Assembly: GCA_009784185.1 (NCBI GenBank)
Contig: WRCD01000002.1
Location: 132,935-196,934 of the forward strand
DNA from: Bacillota bacterium
GTDB lineage: Bacteria > Bacillota > Clostridia > Christensenellales > UBA1242
DNA: 64,000 bases
Direction: 5' to 3'
A model generated the notes under the pieces. It was not told where the DNA came from, made no database searches, and saw only the letters and a program-made list of their open reading frames with translations. The translations under genes were made by a program, and so were the position numbers. This document shows, one piece after another, positions 51,804 to 60,651 of the stretch. Positions within the stretch are counted from its first letter, which is position 1, and every line of letters starts with the position of its first letter.

Positions 51804-54800
51804 TTACTCACTAGCCAGCTTTTTCAGTTTAGCAAGCAACGCAATACTATCCTGCTTGCTTTTTTCAATCAGTGCATCGGCCTCTTTGGGGTTGTTTTTA
51901 TAAAGGTTTGCAAATCTGCGCTCGCTCAGCACATATTCCTTATAATCGCCCGTAACCGGCGGGCTATCGAGTATTAGCGGATTTTTACCCTGTGCTGCAA
52001 GCTCCGGATTGTATCTGAATAAATTCCAGTATCCGCACGCCACAGCCTTGCGCATCTGCAGGTTTCCGTTGCTCATATCTATTCCTTGTTCAATGCAGGT
52101 GCTATACGCAATTACAATGCTTGGGCCCTTGTGCGCTTCCGCTTCACGGAGCGCCTGAAGCGTCTGGTTCATGTTTGCTCCCATTGCAACCTGCGCCACA
52201 TATACGCCGGGATACGCCATTGCCATAAGCGCAAGGCTCTTTTTTGCGCTCTGCTTGCCGCCGTTTGCAAACTTAACCACGCTTCCGGCAGGCGTTGCCT
52301 TGCTGGCCTGTCCGCCGGTGTTGCTGTATACTTCGGTATCCAGCACAAGAATGTTTATATCACTGCCTTTAGCAAGAACATGGTCAAGGCCTCCGTAGCC
52401 AATGTCGTACGCCCAGCCGTCGCCGCCTATGCACCATACCGATTTTTTAACAAACAGGTCGCGGTTTGCCAGGATGGTTTCGGCCGCACCGTCTGCTGTG
52501 CCGTTACGGGCAGTTTTGTATCCCTTGGTAAGCAGAGGGTAGTTTATTTCTGTTTCAAGTGCTGCTGCTAATTTTGCCGAAGCAATTTTATTCTCATTCT
52601 CGTTTTCATAAGTCCGCATCCATTCTTTCAGCTCGGGTGAACTTTTAGCCTTTAGCTCAATTGCTTTTTCGGCAAATCCAAATAGCTGCTTAACTCGCGC
52701 ATCCAATGCAAGCTTAATGCCAAATCCGAACTCGGCGTTGTCCTCAAACAAACTGCTTGCCCAAGCCGGACCCACGCCGCGCTTATTTGTGCTGTACGGG
52801 CATGAAGGGTAACTTCCTCCGTATATGCTGGTGCAGCCGGTTGCGTTTGCAATTATCATCCTATCACCAAACAGCTGACTTACCAATTTGATATACGGTG
52901 TTTCTCCGCAGCCGGCACACGCACCGTTAAACTCAAAGTACGGCTTTAAAAACTGACTGTCTTTTACAGTGATACCCGTAGTTGCCGGATTGTCTATGTT
53001 TTTGTAGAAATTATAGTTTTCTGTTTCTGTTTTGAACAATGCTGTGTCAGCGTTCATTTCAAGTGCCTTTATCTTGGTAGGGCATACATTAACACACGCT
53101 CCGCAGCCTGTGCAGTCCAGCGGGCTGGTCTGCAGGCGGAACTCGTATCCGGGCTTGCCCGTTGCAGGCAAGGTAACTGCTGCGCTTTTTTCTTTTTGAT
53201 TTTTTGTCACTAAATATGGCCTTATTGCCGCGTGCGGACAAACAAATGAACAAAAATTGCATTGAATACAATTTTCCGGCTTCCATTCGGGGATGCTGCT
53301 GGATATGCCGCGCTTTTCAAATCTGGTGGTGTCGGTTGGGATTCTGCCGTCGGCGGTAAACGCAGATACGGGCAATTTGTTTCCTTCAAGCCTTGCAATC
53401 GGTTTCATATTGTTGATGCAAAACGGTGTGTAATCATCTGATACGGTTGTATCAATTGTGTCTTTGGCGTTTTTCCAAGCTTCGGGTATTTTAACTGCAA
53501 CAAGCCTCTCCCCGGCTAAAGCAATTGCCTTGTAGTTTTGCTCCAATACCTTTTCGCCCGCTTTGGCGTAACTCTTTTTTGCGGCATCACGCATAAGTTC
53601 TTTTGCTTTAGCGTAGTCCATTATTTTGGATAACTTAAAAAACGCAGACTGCATAATGGTGTTTATTCTGCCGCCCAGGCCCAATTCATGTGCAATGACA
53701 TTTGCGTCAATTGTGTAGAACCTGGCCTTTTTATTATAAATCTGCCGCTTTAGGCTTGCAGGCAGTTCCTGCTCAAGCTCGGCAATGCTCCAGGGGGTGT
53801 TTAACAAAAATGTGCCGCCCGGCGCAAGTTTAGCCAGCAAATCGTATTTGCCTATATACCTGCTGTTGTGGCAGGCTAAAAAGTCGGCTTGCTCAATTTC
53901 ATAGGTGCTTTTTATCGGCTTGCTGCCAAACCGCAGGTGAGAAATTGTAATACTTCCGCTCTTTTTGCTGTCGTATACAAAATAGGCTTGAGCGTATTTG
54001 TTGGTGTTATCGCCTATAATTTTGCAGGCGTTTTTGTTTGCGCTTACGGTTCCGTCACTGCCTAGGCCGAAAAACATACAATTGGTGTTGCCTGTGTCCG
54101 GCAGATGAAACTCCGGCACGGCCAATGAAGTTTTTGATATATCATCATTAATTCCAACAGTAAAATGGTTTTTGGCTTTTACTCCGGTGTTGGCTAAAAC
54201 TGCCATAATCATAGCGGGGTTAAACTCCTTGCTGCCAAGGCCGTATCTGCCGCCCAGCACCTTAATGCCGGATTTGCCGGATTCCAACATCGCGGTGCAT
54301 ATATCTGTGTACAGTGGTTCACCGGCACTGCCAGGCTCTTTAGTCCGGTCAAGTGCAATAACCGTTTTTACGCTTGCGGGAAGCACCTTTACAAAGCCGG
54401 CTATATCAAACGGGCGGTATAGCCGCACTTTAACGAGGCCCGCTTGCTTGGTGCCGGTTTTGTTGTAATGAGTTAATGTTTCTTCTATCGCCTCACAAGC
54501 ACTGCCCATGGCTACAATTACGGTTTCTGCCTGCTTGCTGCCAAAATATTCAAACGGAGCATAGCCTCTGCCCGATAGTTTCTTAAATTCTGCACAGGTT
54601 TTAACAAATTCTTTATAAACAGCGTTGTAATACGGGTTGCACGCTTCACGGTTCTGGAAAAACACATCCGGGTTTTGAGCGGTGCCTTGCTGATGCGGAT
54701 GCTCCGGATTAAGTGCTCTGGCTCTGAACTCGGCCATTTTCTCGTACGGAAGCAGATATTTTGCGTCATCTATGGTTAATGTGCTGATATTGCTTATTTC

Positions 54801-55328
54801 ATGGCTGGTTCTGAAACCGTCAAAGAAATGCAGAAACGGCACTCTGGTCTTTAATGAAACCAACTGGCTGATAATTGCAAAATCATGTGCTTCCTGAACG
54901 TTGTTGCTTGATAGCATTGCAAAGCCCGTTTGCCTGCAGGCCATAACGTCCGAGTGGTCGCCGAATATTGACAGAGCATGGGTGCTAAGCGCACGTGCAG
55001 TTACATGAATTACGCATGGCAATAATTCGCCCGAAATCTTGTACATATTAGGAATCATTAAAAGAAGCCCCTGGCTGGCAGTAAAGGTTGTTGCAAAACC
55101 GCCCGCAGCCAGTGCACCGTGCAATGCGCCGGCAGCACCCGCCTCGGACTGCATTTCAACCACGCTCATGGTGGTACCAAAAACATTCAGTTCGCCGCGG
55201 CTGGCCATTTCGTCACAGACTTCCGCCATTGGCGAACTTGGCGTGATTGGGTAAATGGCCGCAATTTTGTTTAACAAATATGCTGCTTTTGCCGCAGCCG
55301 TATTTCCATCCAAAGTTTCTTTTTTCAT
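51804..55328 (-). CDS. nifJ: Pyruvate:ferredoxin (flavodoxin) oxidoreductase
   Basis: AAGGAG SD. 1174 aa. Two 4Fe-4S ferredoxin motifs (CIQCNFCSFVCPHAAIRP, CTGCGACVNVCP). TPP-binding region GGDGWAYDIGYGGLDH. Confidence 0.95.
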   Translation of the reverse strand: MKKETLDGNTAAAKAAYLLNKIAAIYPITPSSPMAEVCDEMASRGELNVFGTTMSVVEMQSEAGAAGALHGALAAGGFATTFTASQGLLLMIPNMYKISGELLPCVIHVTARALSTHALSIFGDHSDVMACRQTGFAMLSSNNVQEAHDFAIISQLVSLKTRVPFLHFFDGFRTSHEISNISTLTIDDAKYLLPYEKMAEFRARALNPEHPHQQGTAQNPDVFFQNREACNPYYNAVYKEFVKTCAEFKKLSGRGYAPFEYFGSKQAETVIVAMGSACEAIEETLTHYNKTGTKQAGLVKVRLYRPFDIAGFVKVLPASVKTVIALDRTKEPGSAGEPLYTDICTAMLESGKSGIKVLGGRYGLGSKEFNPAMIMAVLANTGVKAKNHFTVGINDDISKTSLAVPEFHLPDTGNTNCMFFGLGSDGTVSANKNACKIIGDNTNKYAQAYFVYDSKKSGSITISHLRFGSKPIKSTYEIEQADFLACHNSRYIGKYDLLAKLAPGGTFLLNTPWSIAELEQELPASLKRQIYNKKARFYTIDANVIAHELGLGGRINTIMQSAFFKLSKIMDYAKAKELMRDAAKKSYAKAGEKVLEQNYKAIALAGERLVAVKIPEAWKNAKDTIDTTVSDDYTPFCINNMKPIARLEGNKLPVSAFTADGRIPTDTTRFEKRGISSSIPEWKPENCIQCNFCSFVCPHAAIRPYLVTKNQKEKSAAVTLPATGKPGYEFRLQTSPLDCTGCGACVNVCPTKIKALEMNADTALFKTETENYNFYKNIDNPATTGITVKDSQFLKPYFEFNGACAGCGETPYIKLVSQLFGDRMIIANATGCTSIYGGSYPSCPYSTNKRGVGPAWASSLFEDNAEFGFGIKLALDARVKQLFGFAEKAIELKAKSSPELKEWMRTYENENENKIASAKLAAALETEINYPLLTKGYKTARNGTADGAAETILANRDLFVKKSVWCIGGDGWAYDIGYGGLDHVLAKGSDINILVLDTEVYSNTGGQASKATPAGSVVKFANGGKQSAKKSLALMAMAYPGVYVAQVAMGANMNQTLQALREAEAHKGPSIVIAYSTCIEQGIDMSNGNLQMRKAVACGYWNLFRYNPELAAQGKNPLILDSPPVTGDYKEYVLSERRFANLYKNNPKEADALIEKSKQDSIALLAKLKKLASE

Positions 55329-55361
55329 AATAAATCTCCTTAAAGACGGTTGTGCCGTCAG

Positions 55362-55410
55362 AATTCCCCTTTATGAAGGGGTGGATGCGCCAAAGGCGCA
55401 GACGGGGTAG
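55362..55410 (+). repeat. Family-1 two-hairpin element (copy D) in the nifJ/truA divergent region
   Basis: AATTCCCCTT-TATG-AAGGGGTGGA-TGCGCC-AAA-GGCGCA-GACGGGGTAG. Further hairpins at 55345-55359 and 55411-55429. Confidence 0.8.
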
Positions 55411-55446
55411 CCGACGCCATAGGCGGCGTAAAGATTTTATAAAACA

Positions 55447-55476
55447 AGTATAACACACCTTCAATTTTATAGTCAA
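55447..55476 (-). promoter_or_regulatory. Sigma-70-type promoter of nifJ
   Basis: On the minus strand: TTGACT (55476-55471), 18-nt spacer, TGtTATACT extended -10 (55455-55447). Implies a structured 5' UTR of about 110 nt. Confidence 0.45.
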
Positions 55477-55491
55477 ATAAAGCTGGTGTTG

Positions 55492-55500
55492 TGTTATAAT
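55492..55500 (+). promoter_or_regulatory. Extended -10 promoter element of truA (leaderless geometry)
   Basis: TGTTATAAT (TGn + TATAAT) at 55492-55500, then 6 nt (AAAGCC) to ATG 55507. No SD and no good -35. Confidence 0.5.
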
Positions 55501-55506
55501 AAAGCC

Positions 55507-56280
55507 ATGAGAATTAAACTTATAATTCAATATCTCGGCACCAACTATAGCGGCTGGCAAACTCAAGCCGGGCAGGACTCGGTGCAGGCTCAGCTTGAGC
55601 GGGCTGTTTTGGCTGTTACCGGCAAGCACAGCTGCGTTGAAGGCAGCGGGCGCACAGACGCAGGAGTTCACGCAGCGGCGCTAGCGGCGCATTTTGATGC
55701 CGACAGCCGGATTCCGCCCGAAAACTTTTGTCTTGCATTAAACGCCCATTTGCCGTCTGATATCCGGGTTTTAGACAGTTGCCAAGTTGACGAGAATTTT
55801 CACGCCAGATTTAGCGCAAAACGCAAAACCTATATATACAATTTTTACGTATCGCAAATCTCGCTTCCGTTGCTTAGCAGCACATATGCACACATTAAGC
55901 CGCCGTTTGATTTTACGCTTGCTCAGCAAGCCTGTAAGGCTTTTGTTGGTACGCATGATTTTAAGGCATTTATGAGCACCGGAAGCAACAAAAAAGACAC
56001 GGTAAGAACAATCTTCGATTGTTCATTAAACAAAAATTCCCCTCCTTGGAGGGGTGGCACGGAGTGCCGGGGTGGTTTAAATGGCGTTTACACGCTGCGC
56101 ATTACCGGCAACGGGTTTTTATACAACATGGTTCGCATAATTGCGGGTACTGTGTTTGAGGTGGGTGCCGGCAAAATTCCGCCGGAAAAGGTTGCAGATA
56201 TAATTGCCGCAGGCAATCGGAAACAAGCCGGCCAAACCGCCCCCGCCTGCGGGCTTACGCTGGAAAGTGTGGAGTATTAA
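55507..56280 (+). CDS. truA: tRNA pseudouridine(38-40) synthase TruA
   Basis: MRIKLIIQYLGTNYSGWQ.Q, GSGRTDAGVHA (catalytic Asp) and GNGFLYNMVRIIAG. Start moved from GTG 55486 to ATG 55507 to match typical TruA N-termini. Confidence 0.9.
   Translation: MRIKLIIQYLGTNYSGWQTQAGQDSVQAQLERAVLAVTGKHSCVEGSGRTDAGVHAAALAAHFDADSRIPPENFCLALNAHLPSDIRVLDSCQVDENFHARFSAKRKTYIYNFYVSQISLPLLSSTYAHIKPPFDFTLAQQACKAFVGTHDFKAFMSTGSNKKDTVRTIFDCSLNKNSPPWRGGTECRGGLNGVYTLRITGNGFLYNMVRIIAGTVFEVGAGKIPPEKVADIIAAGNRKQAGQTAPACGLTLESVEY
56035..56075 (+). repeat. Family-1 two-hairpin element (copy T), in frame inside truA
   Basis: AATTCCCCTCC-TT-GGAGGGGT-GGCAC-GGA-GTGCC-GGGGTGG, translated as NSPPWRGGTECRGG. Confidence 0.8.
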
Positions 56281-56297
56281 TATTTTCCGTTTTTCTC

Positions 56298-56326
56298 TTG
56301 ACAAACGGGCAGGTTTAATGTAAACT
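56298..56326 (+). promoter_or_regulatory. Sigma-70-type promoter of rplM-rpsI
   Basis: TTGACA (56298-56303), 17-nt spacer, TAAACT (56321-56326). Leaves a leader of about 105 nt. Confidence 0.55.
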
Positions 56327-56388
56327 ATCCAAAGTTATTTCATTGATACCAGCGAATTAGCCCTCGCTTAAGTCGTGGAACGGCAGTA

Positions 56389-56413
56389 CACCCCTTTATC
56401 TTAAAGGGGAATT
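56389..56413 (-). repeat. Family-1 hairpin-1-only copy in the rplM leader
   Basis: CACCCCTTT-ATCTT-AAAGGGGAATT is the same 25-mer as 51742-51766 apart from the first base. Confidence 0.8.
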
Positions 56414-56438
56414 ATTATATAAAAGGAACACAAGACTC

Positions 56439-56885
56439 ATGAAAACATATATGCCAAATGCCAAAAACACACCCGAGCGCAAGTGGTATGTGGTTGACGC
56501 AAGCAACATTCCGCTGGGCAGGCTTGCCAGCCAGGTTGCGGCGGTGCTGAGAGGCAAAAACAAGCCGACATATACACCACACGCTGATATGGGCGACCAT
56601 GTTGTGGTTATCAACGCCGGCAAGGTTGTGCTTACGGGCAACAAAATTAATCAAAAGACTTACAACTACCACACCTTGTACCCGGGCGGAGACAAACAGA
56701 TTCCGTATAGCAAGCTTATGGAAACTAAATCCGACTTTGTTGTGCATAGAGCTGTTAAGGGCATGATGCCTAAAAATTCTCTCGGAAAAAATATGCTTAA
56801 AAAGCTTAGAGTATACGCCGGAGCTGAGCATCCTCATGCCGCTCAAAACCCGATTGTATTAAATGTTAAAGGAGGCAGAGCATAA
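56439..56885 (+). CDS. rplM: 50S ribosomal protein L13
   Basis: [43 protein letters not shown]. 148 aa. Confidence 0.97.
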   Translation: MKTYMPNAKNTPERKWYVVDASNIPLGRLASQVAAVLRGKNKPTYTPHADMGDHVVVINAGKVVLTGNKINQKTYNYHTLYPGGDKQIPYSKLMETKSDFVVHRAVKGMMPKNSLGKNMLKKLRVYAGAEHPHAAQNPIVLNVKGGRA

Positions 56886-57391
56886 TGGCAGAAACAGTAA
56901 ACAAAAAACCGGCTGCAGAAAAAGCCGTTAAACCTGCCGCAGCAAAAGAAAAACAGGCCAAGCCCGCAAAATCTGCTGCCGCTCCTAAAGCTCCTAAGGG
57001 AGCCGCTCAGCACCCTGCAACCGGCAGGAGAAAAAAGGCCATTGCAAGAGTTAGGATTGTAACGGGAAGCGGAGTAATTACCGTAAACAAGCGCCCGTTG
57101 GATGAATACTTTGCGCTTGCCACCTACCGTCAGGTTGTACGTCAGCCGCTCGTGGTTTGCGGATGTGAAGCTAAATACGATATTTTTGTTAACTTAAACG
57201 GCGGCGGCCAAAGCGGTCAGGCAGGCGCTGTAAGACATGGTATTGCAAGAAGCCTGGTTAAAGTAAACGAGGCCGATTACAAGAAACTGCTTAAAACCGC
57301 AGGACTCTTAACTCGCGACCCAAGAGCCAAAGAGCGTAAAAAGTACGGCCTGCACAAGGCAAGAAAAGCAAGTCAGTTTAGCAAGAGATAA
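56885..57391 (+). CDS. rpsI: 30S ribosomal protein S9 with a K/A/P-rich N-terminal extension of about 38 aa
   Basis: TAATG overlap with rplM. The core is [14 protein letters not shown]...[27 protein letters not shown]. 168 aa versus about 130 typical. Confidence 0.95.
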   Translation: MAETVNKKPAAEKAVKPAAAKEKQAKPAKSAAAPKAPKGAAQHPATGRRKKAIARVRIVTGSGVITVNKRPLDEYFALATYRQVVRQPLVVCGCEAKYDIFVNLNGGGQSGQAGAVRHGIARSLVKVNEADYKKLLKTAGLLTRDPRAKERKKYGLHKARKASQFSKR

Positions 57392-57420
57392 AAAATCACC
57401 TTCGGGTGATTTTTTGTTTT
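57392..57420 (+). terminator. Rho-independent terminator
   Basis: AAAAAATCACC-TTCG-GGTGATTTTTTGTTTT. Confidence 0.8.
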
Positions 57421-57440
57421 AACAAACTGCTTAATTACAT

Positions 57441-57468
57441 TTACATAAAACTTTAACTATGATAAAAT
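57441..57468 (+). promoter_or_regulatory. Promoter of the KilA-N gene (leaderless geometry)
   Basis: TTACAT (57441-57446), 16-nt spacer including TGa, TAAAAT (57463-57468), then 7 nt to ATG 57476. Confidence 0.45.
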
Positions 57469-57475
57469 GTATGCT

Positions 57476-58318
57476 ATGAAAAACAAGATGCAAATAAAGG
57501 ACATTGATGTTGGTTATAAGAAACTTAACGACAAAGACTACATTTGTTTAACTGACATGGCAAGGTTTAAGAACGAGACCCACACCGGTGGTGTTATCAA
57601 TAATTGGTTGATTACACGATATACGATTGAATTTATGGGTATATGGGAAACAGTCAACAACCCCAGTTTTAATGTGTCCGAATTCCAGCACATTAGAAAT
57701 GAGAGTGGTAGTCAAAGTTACTTTATTTCAACAAGCCAGTGGATAGAAAAAACAAATGCGATTGGCATAATTTCGCAAGTTGGGCGTTATGGCGGCACTT
57801 ATGCTCACAAAGACATTGCGTTTGAATTTGCAACATGGTTAAGTCCGGAGTTTAAATACTGGATAATTTCAGAGTTCCAGAGACTGAAAGAACAAGAGCA
57901 AAAGCTTTTGGAGTGGAGCGCCAAAAGAGAGCTGGCAAAGATAAATTATCACTTACAGACTGATGCTATAAAAGAGAACTTAATAGTGCCGACATTAACT
58001 GAAAAACAAAGGAGTTTTGTTTATGCGGACGAAGCCGACTTGCTTAATGTTGCATTGTTTGGTAAAACGGCCGCAGATTGGCGAAAAGAAAATCCAAGTG
58101 CAAAAGGCAACATCCGAGATTTTGCAAGCATACATCATTTGCTAGTGCTTTCTAATATGGAAAGTTTGAATTCGGTTTTAATAAACAAGAAAATATCGCA
58201 AAGTGAGCGGCTTCTTGAGTTAAATGAGGTGGCGCGGAACCAGTTAAAAGTTTTAGCGGGCATAGAGAATAAACCGTTGTTGACTGCAGATAATAAGGCG
58301 GAACAAACTCATGAGTAA
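57476..58318 (+). CDS. KilA-N domain-containing protein
   Basis: DYICLTDMARFKN...NWL..R.TIEFMGIWE..NNP.F......GRYGGTYAHKDIAFEFATWLSPEFKYWIISEFQRLKE matches the KilA-N DNA-binding family as I recall it. In-frame ATG alternatives at 57467 and 57476. Confidence 0.6.
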   Translation: MKNKMQIKDIDVGYKKLNDKDYICLTDMARFKNETHTGGVINNWLITRYTIEFMGIWETVNNPSFNVSEFQHIRNESGSQSYFISTSQWIEKTNAIGIISQVGRYGGTYAHKDIAFEFATWLSPEFKYWIISEFQRLKEQEQKLLEWSAKRELAKINYHLQTDAIKENLIVPTLTEKQRSFVYADEADLLNVALFGKTAADWRKENPSAKGNIRDFASIHHLLVLSNMESLNSVLINKKISQSERLLELNEVARNQLKVLAGIENKPLLTADNKAEQTHE

Positions 58319-59249
58319 GATTTACGACAGCATTATAGTAGGCGGCGGGCCGGCAGGAATTACGGCGGCGGTTTATGCACTGCGTGCAGGGTTAAAGGTT
58401 CTGCTTATAGAGCGCCAGGTAATAGGCGGTCAGATTTTTATTACCGATTCTTTAAAAAATTATCCGGGCTTTACCGAAATAAGCGGAGCTGATTTCAGCA
58501 CAAAACTGATTGAACAGGCGGAAAGCCTGGGTTTGGAAATTATATATGATACGGCAGTTGAGTTTAAGCTCTCGGCCGAGGTAAAGGAAATTGTAACCGG
58601 CGGCAGCGGAACATATTTTGGTAAGACCGTCATATTAAGTATGGGCGCTTCCGCAAAAGGACTGAATCTTCCAAACGAGCAGAATTATATAGGTAAAGGT
58701 ATCAGCTATTGTGCAACCTGCGACGGTGCGTTTTTTAAAGATAAAACCGTTGCGGTTGTAGGCGGCGGCAACAGTGCCGTTCAGGATGTGCTTTACCTCT
58801 CTAAAATAGCTAAAAAGGTTTACCATATCCACCGGATGTCACCATTCAGGGCGGATGAGGAAAATCTGGCTGCCCTGCGTGCGCTTGTTGCAAAAAAGGG
58901 AAGCAATGTAGAGCAAGTGCTCAGTGTTAATGTTTTGGGGCTTGTTGGAAGCAAGAAGCTGGAGGGCATTAAGGTTCAGGCGCTCGGCTGCAAAACCGAG
59001 ACTCTTGCTGTAGACGGCGTGTTTGTTGCAATTGGGCGCGAGCCTCAAACCAACGCAATATCGGCTCAGATAAACCTTAACAAGCAAGGCTATATTGCAG
59101 CCGACCAGCGTATGCATACTAATATTGCCGGAGTGTTTGCGGCAGGCGATGTGGTTGACAAATCCCTCCGCCAGGTTGTAACCGCGGCCAGTGACGGAGC
59201 AATTGCAGCTACCGAAGCAAGCAGTTATTTGCGAAGCACCAAAAAATAG
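58311..59249 (+). CDS. trxB: Thioredoxin-disulfide reductase
   Basis: FAD motif VGGGPAG, redox centre CATCDG, NADPH motif VVGGGNSA. 312 aa. 8-nt overlap with the KilA-N gene. Confidence 0.93.
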   Translation: MSKIYDSIIVGGGPAGITAAVYALRAGLKVLLIERQVIGGQIFITDSLKNYPGFTEISGADFSTKLIEQAESLGLEIIYDTAVEFKLSAEVKEIVTGGSGTYFGKTVILSMGASAKGLNLPNEQNYIGKGISYCATCDGAFFKDKTVAVVGGGNSAVQDVLYLSKIAKKVYHIHRMSPFRADEENLAALRALVAKKGSNVEQVLSVNVLGLVGSKKLEGIKVQALGCKTETLAVDGVFVAIGREPQTNAISAQINLNKQGYIAADQRMHTNIAGVFAAGDVVDKSLRQVVTAASDGAIAATEASSYLRSTKK

Positions 59250-59255
59250 GAATGG

Positions 59256-60611
59256 GTGCAAAAATTGGAAACAAAACTTTTTGGCACGGATGGTATCCGT
59301 GGGATTGTTGGTGAGCGGATAACAGCCGGTGTTGTTTTCCGTGTAGGCAAGGCGCTGGCTGTTGCCTGCAGGGACAACGGCACAAAGTCTAAAATAATTG
59401 TGGGCAGAGATACCCGCACAAGCGGTGATATGTTGGAGAGCGCGCTGTGCAGCGGGCTGACCGCATTCGGCGCAGATGTAGTTAAGCTTGGAATTGTGCC
59501 TACTCCAAGCCTGCCGTATTTAATTACCAAAACCGGAGCAACCGCCGGCATTATGATAACAGCCAGCCACAACCCGCCGGGGCATAACGGGCTTAAGTTG
59601 TTTGGCTCCGACGGCGGCAAACTGCCATCTGATAAAGAGCTTGAAATTGAAACGATTATGGCAAATGAGGAAAGGTATCTGCCCAACAGTTATGAAAGCC
59701 TTGGGAATATCCATACAGACGAGGATTTATTAAAACTATATGCCGATTATATATTACAAAAGCTTGGAAATGTGGATTTGACCGGCGTGCGTGTTTATCT
59801 GGATTGCAGCAATGGTGCGGCATACAGGATTGCCCCATATATGTTTAAAACACTTGGTGCAACCGTAAAAACCATTAATGCATCTTCAAACGGCACGCTT
59901 ATTAATGTTAACTGCGGCTCGGAAAGCCCGCAGGAGCTGCAGAAAGCCGTTGTAAAAGAAAAGTTTGATATAGGTTTTGCTTTTGACGGTGATGCTGATA
60001 GAGTGGTTGCCGTTTCCGGCAGCGGAGAACTGGTACGCGGCGATGAACTGTTATATATTTTGGCCAAGGAACTGAAAAAACAAAATATATTAGCTGAAAA
60101 TACGGTTGTCGGCACCGTGCTTACAAATTTTGGGTTAGAAAATGCCTTAGTCAAACTGGGCATAAAACTGGAGCGCACTCCTGTCGGCGACAAAAAAATA
60201 AAAGATGTAATGATTAAAGATGGTTATAGCCTGGGCGGAGAAGAGGCCGGGCATATTATTTTGAGAGATTACAACTTCACCGGTGACGGTGTGCTTACTT
60301 CACTTATGATTACTAAAATTTTAAAAACAAATCATACCGGTCTTGAAGATGAAATTAAAACAATCGAAAAATATCCTCAGATACGGATTGATGTGCCGGT
60401 AAGTGATTTAGTTAAAAGCAAAGTTCTTAAAAGCACAGAGGTTGCTTCAAGCATTGAGGCTGCCGAAGCCGTTTTGGCTGAGCATGGAAGGGTAGTGGTG
60501 CGCCCGAGCGGAACGGAAAGTGTGTTTAGAATAATGCTTGAAGGTGAGAATATGGCACAACTAAGGCAGCTGGCAAAGAGTATTGAGGCGGCAGTGCTGA
60601 AGGTGAAATAA
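59256..60611 (+). CDS. glmM: Phosphoglucosamine mutase
   Basis: LFGTDGIRG, active-site TASHNPPGHNGLK, FDGDADR, GGEEAGH and RPSGTE. Start is GTG 59256 or TTG 59265. Confidence 0.93.
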   Translation: MQKLETKLFGTDGIRGIVGERITAGVVFRVGKALAVACRDNGTKSKIIVGRDTRTSGDMLESALCSGLTAFGADVVKLGIVPTPSLPYLITKTGATAGIMITASHNPPGHNGLKLFGSDGGKLPSDKELEIETIMANEERYLPNSYESLGNIHTDEDLLKLYADYILQKLGNVDLTGVRVYLDCSNGAAYRIAPYMFKTLGATVKTINASSNGTLINVNCGSESPQELQKAVVKEKFDIGFAFDGDADRVVAVSGSGELVRGDELLYILAKELKKQNILAENTVVGTVLTNFGLENALVKLGIKLERTPVGDKKIKDVMIKDGYSLGGEEAGHIILRDYNFTGDGVLTSLMITKILKTNHTGLEDEIKTIEKYPQIRIDVPVSDLVKSKVLKSTEVASSIEAAEAVLAEHGRVVVRPSGTESVFRIMLEGENMAQLRQLAKSIEAAVLKVK

Positions 60612-60616
60612 AACTA

Positions 60617-60645
60617 TTTACAAACCGCAAAAAGTGTTGTATAAT
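60617..60645 (+). promoter_or_regulatory. Sigma-70-type promoter of ung (leaderless geometry)
   Basis: TTTACA (60617-60622), 17-nt spacer, TATAAT (60640-60645), then 6 nt (GTAGCC) to ATG 60652. No SD. Confidence 0.5.
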
Positions 60646-60651
60646 GTAGCC

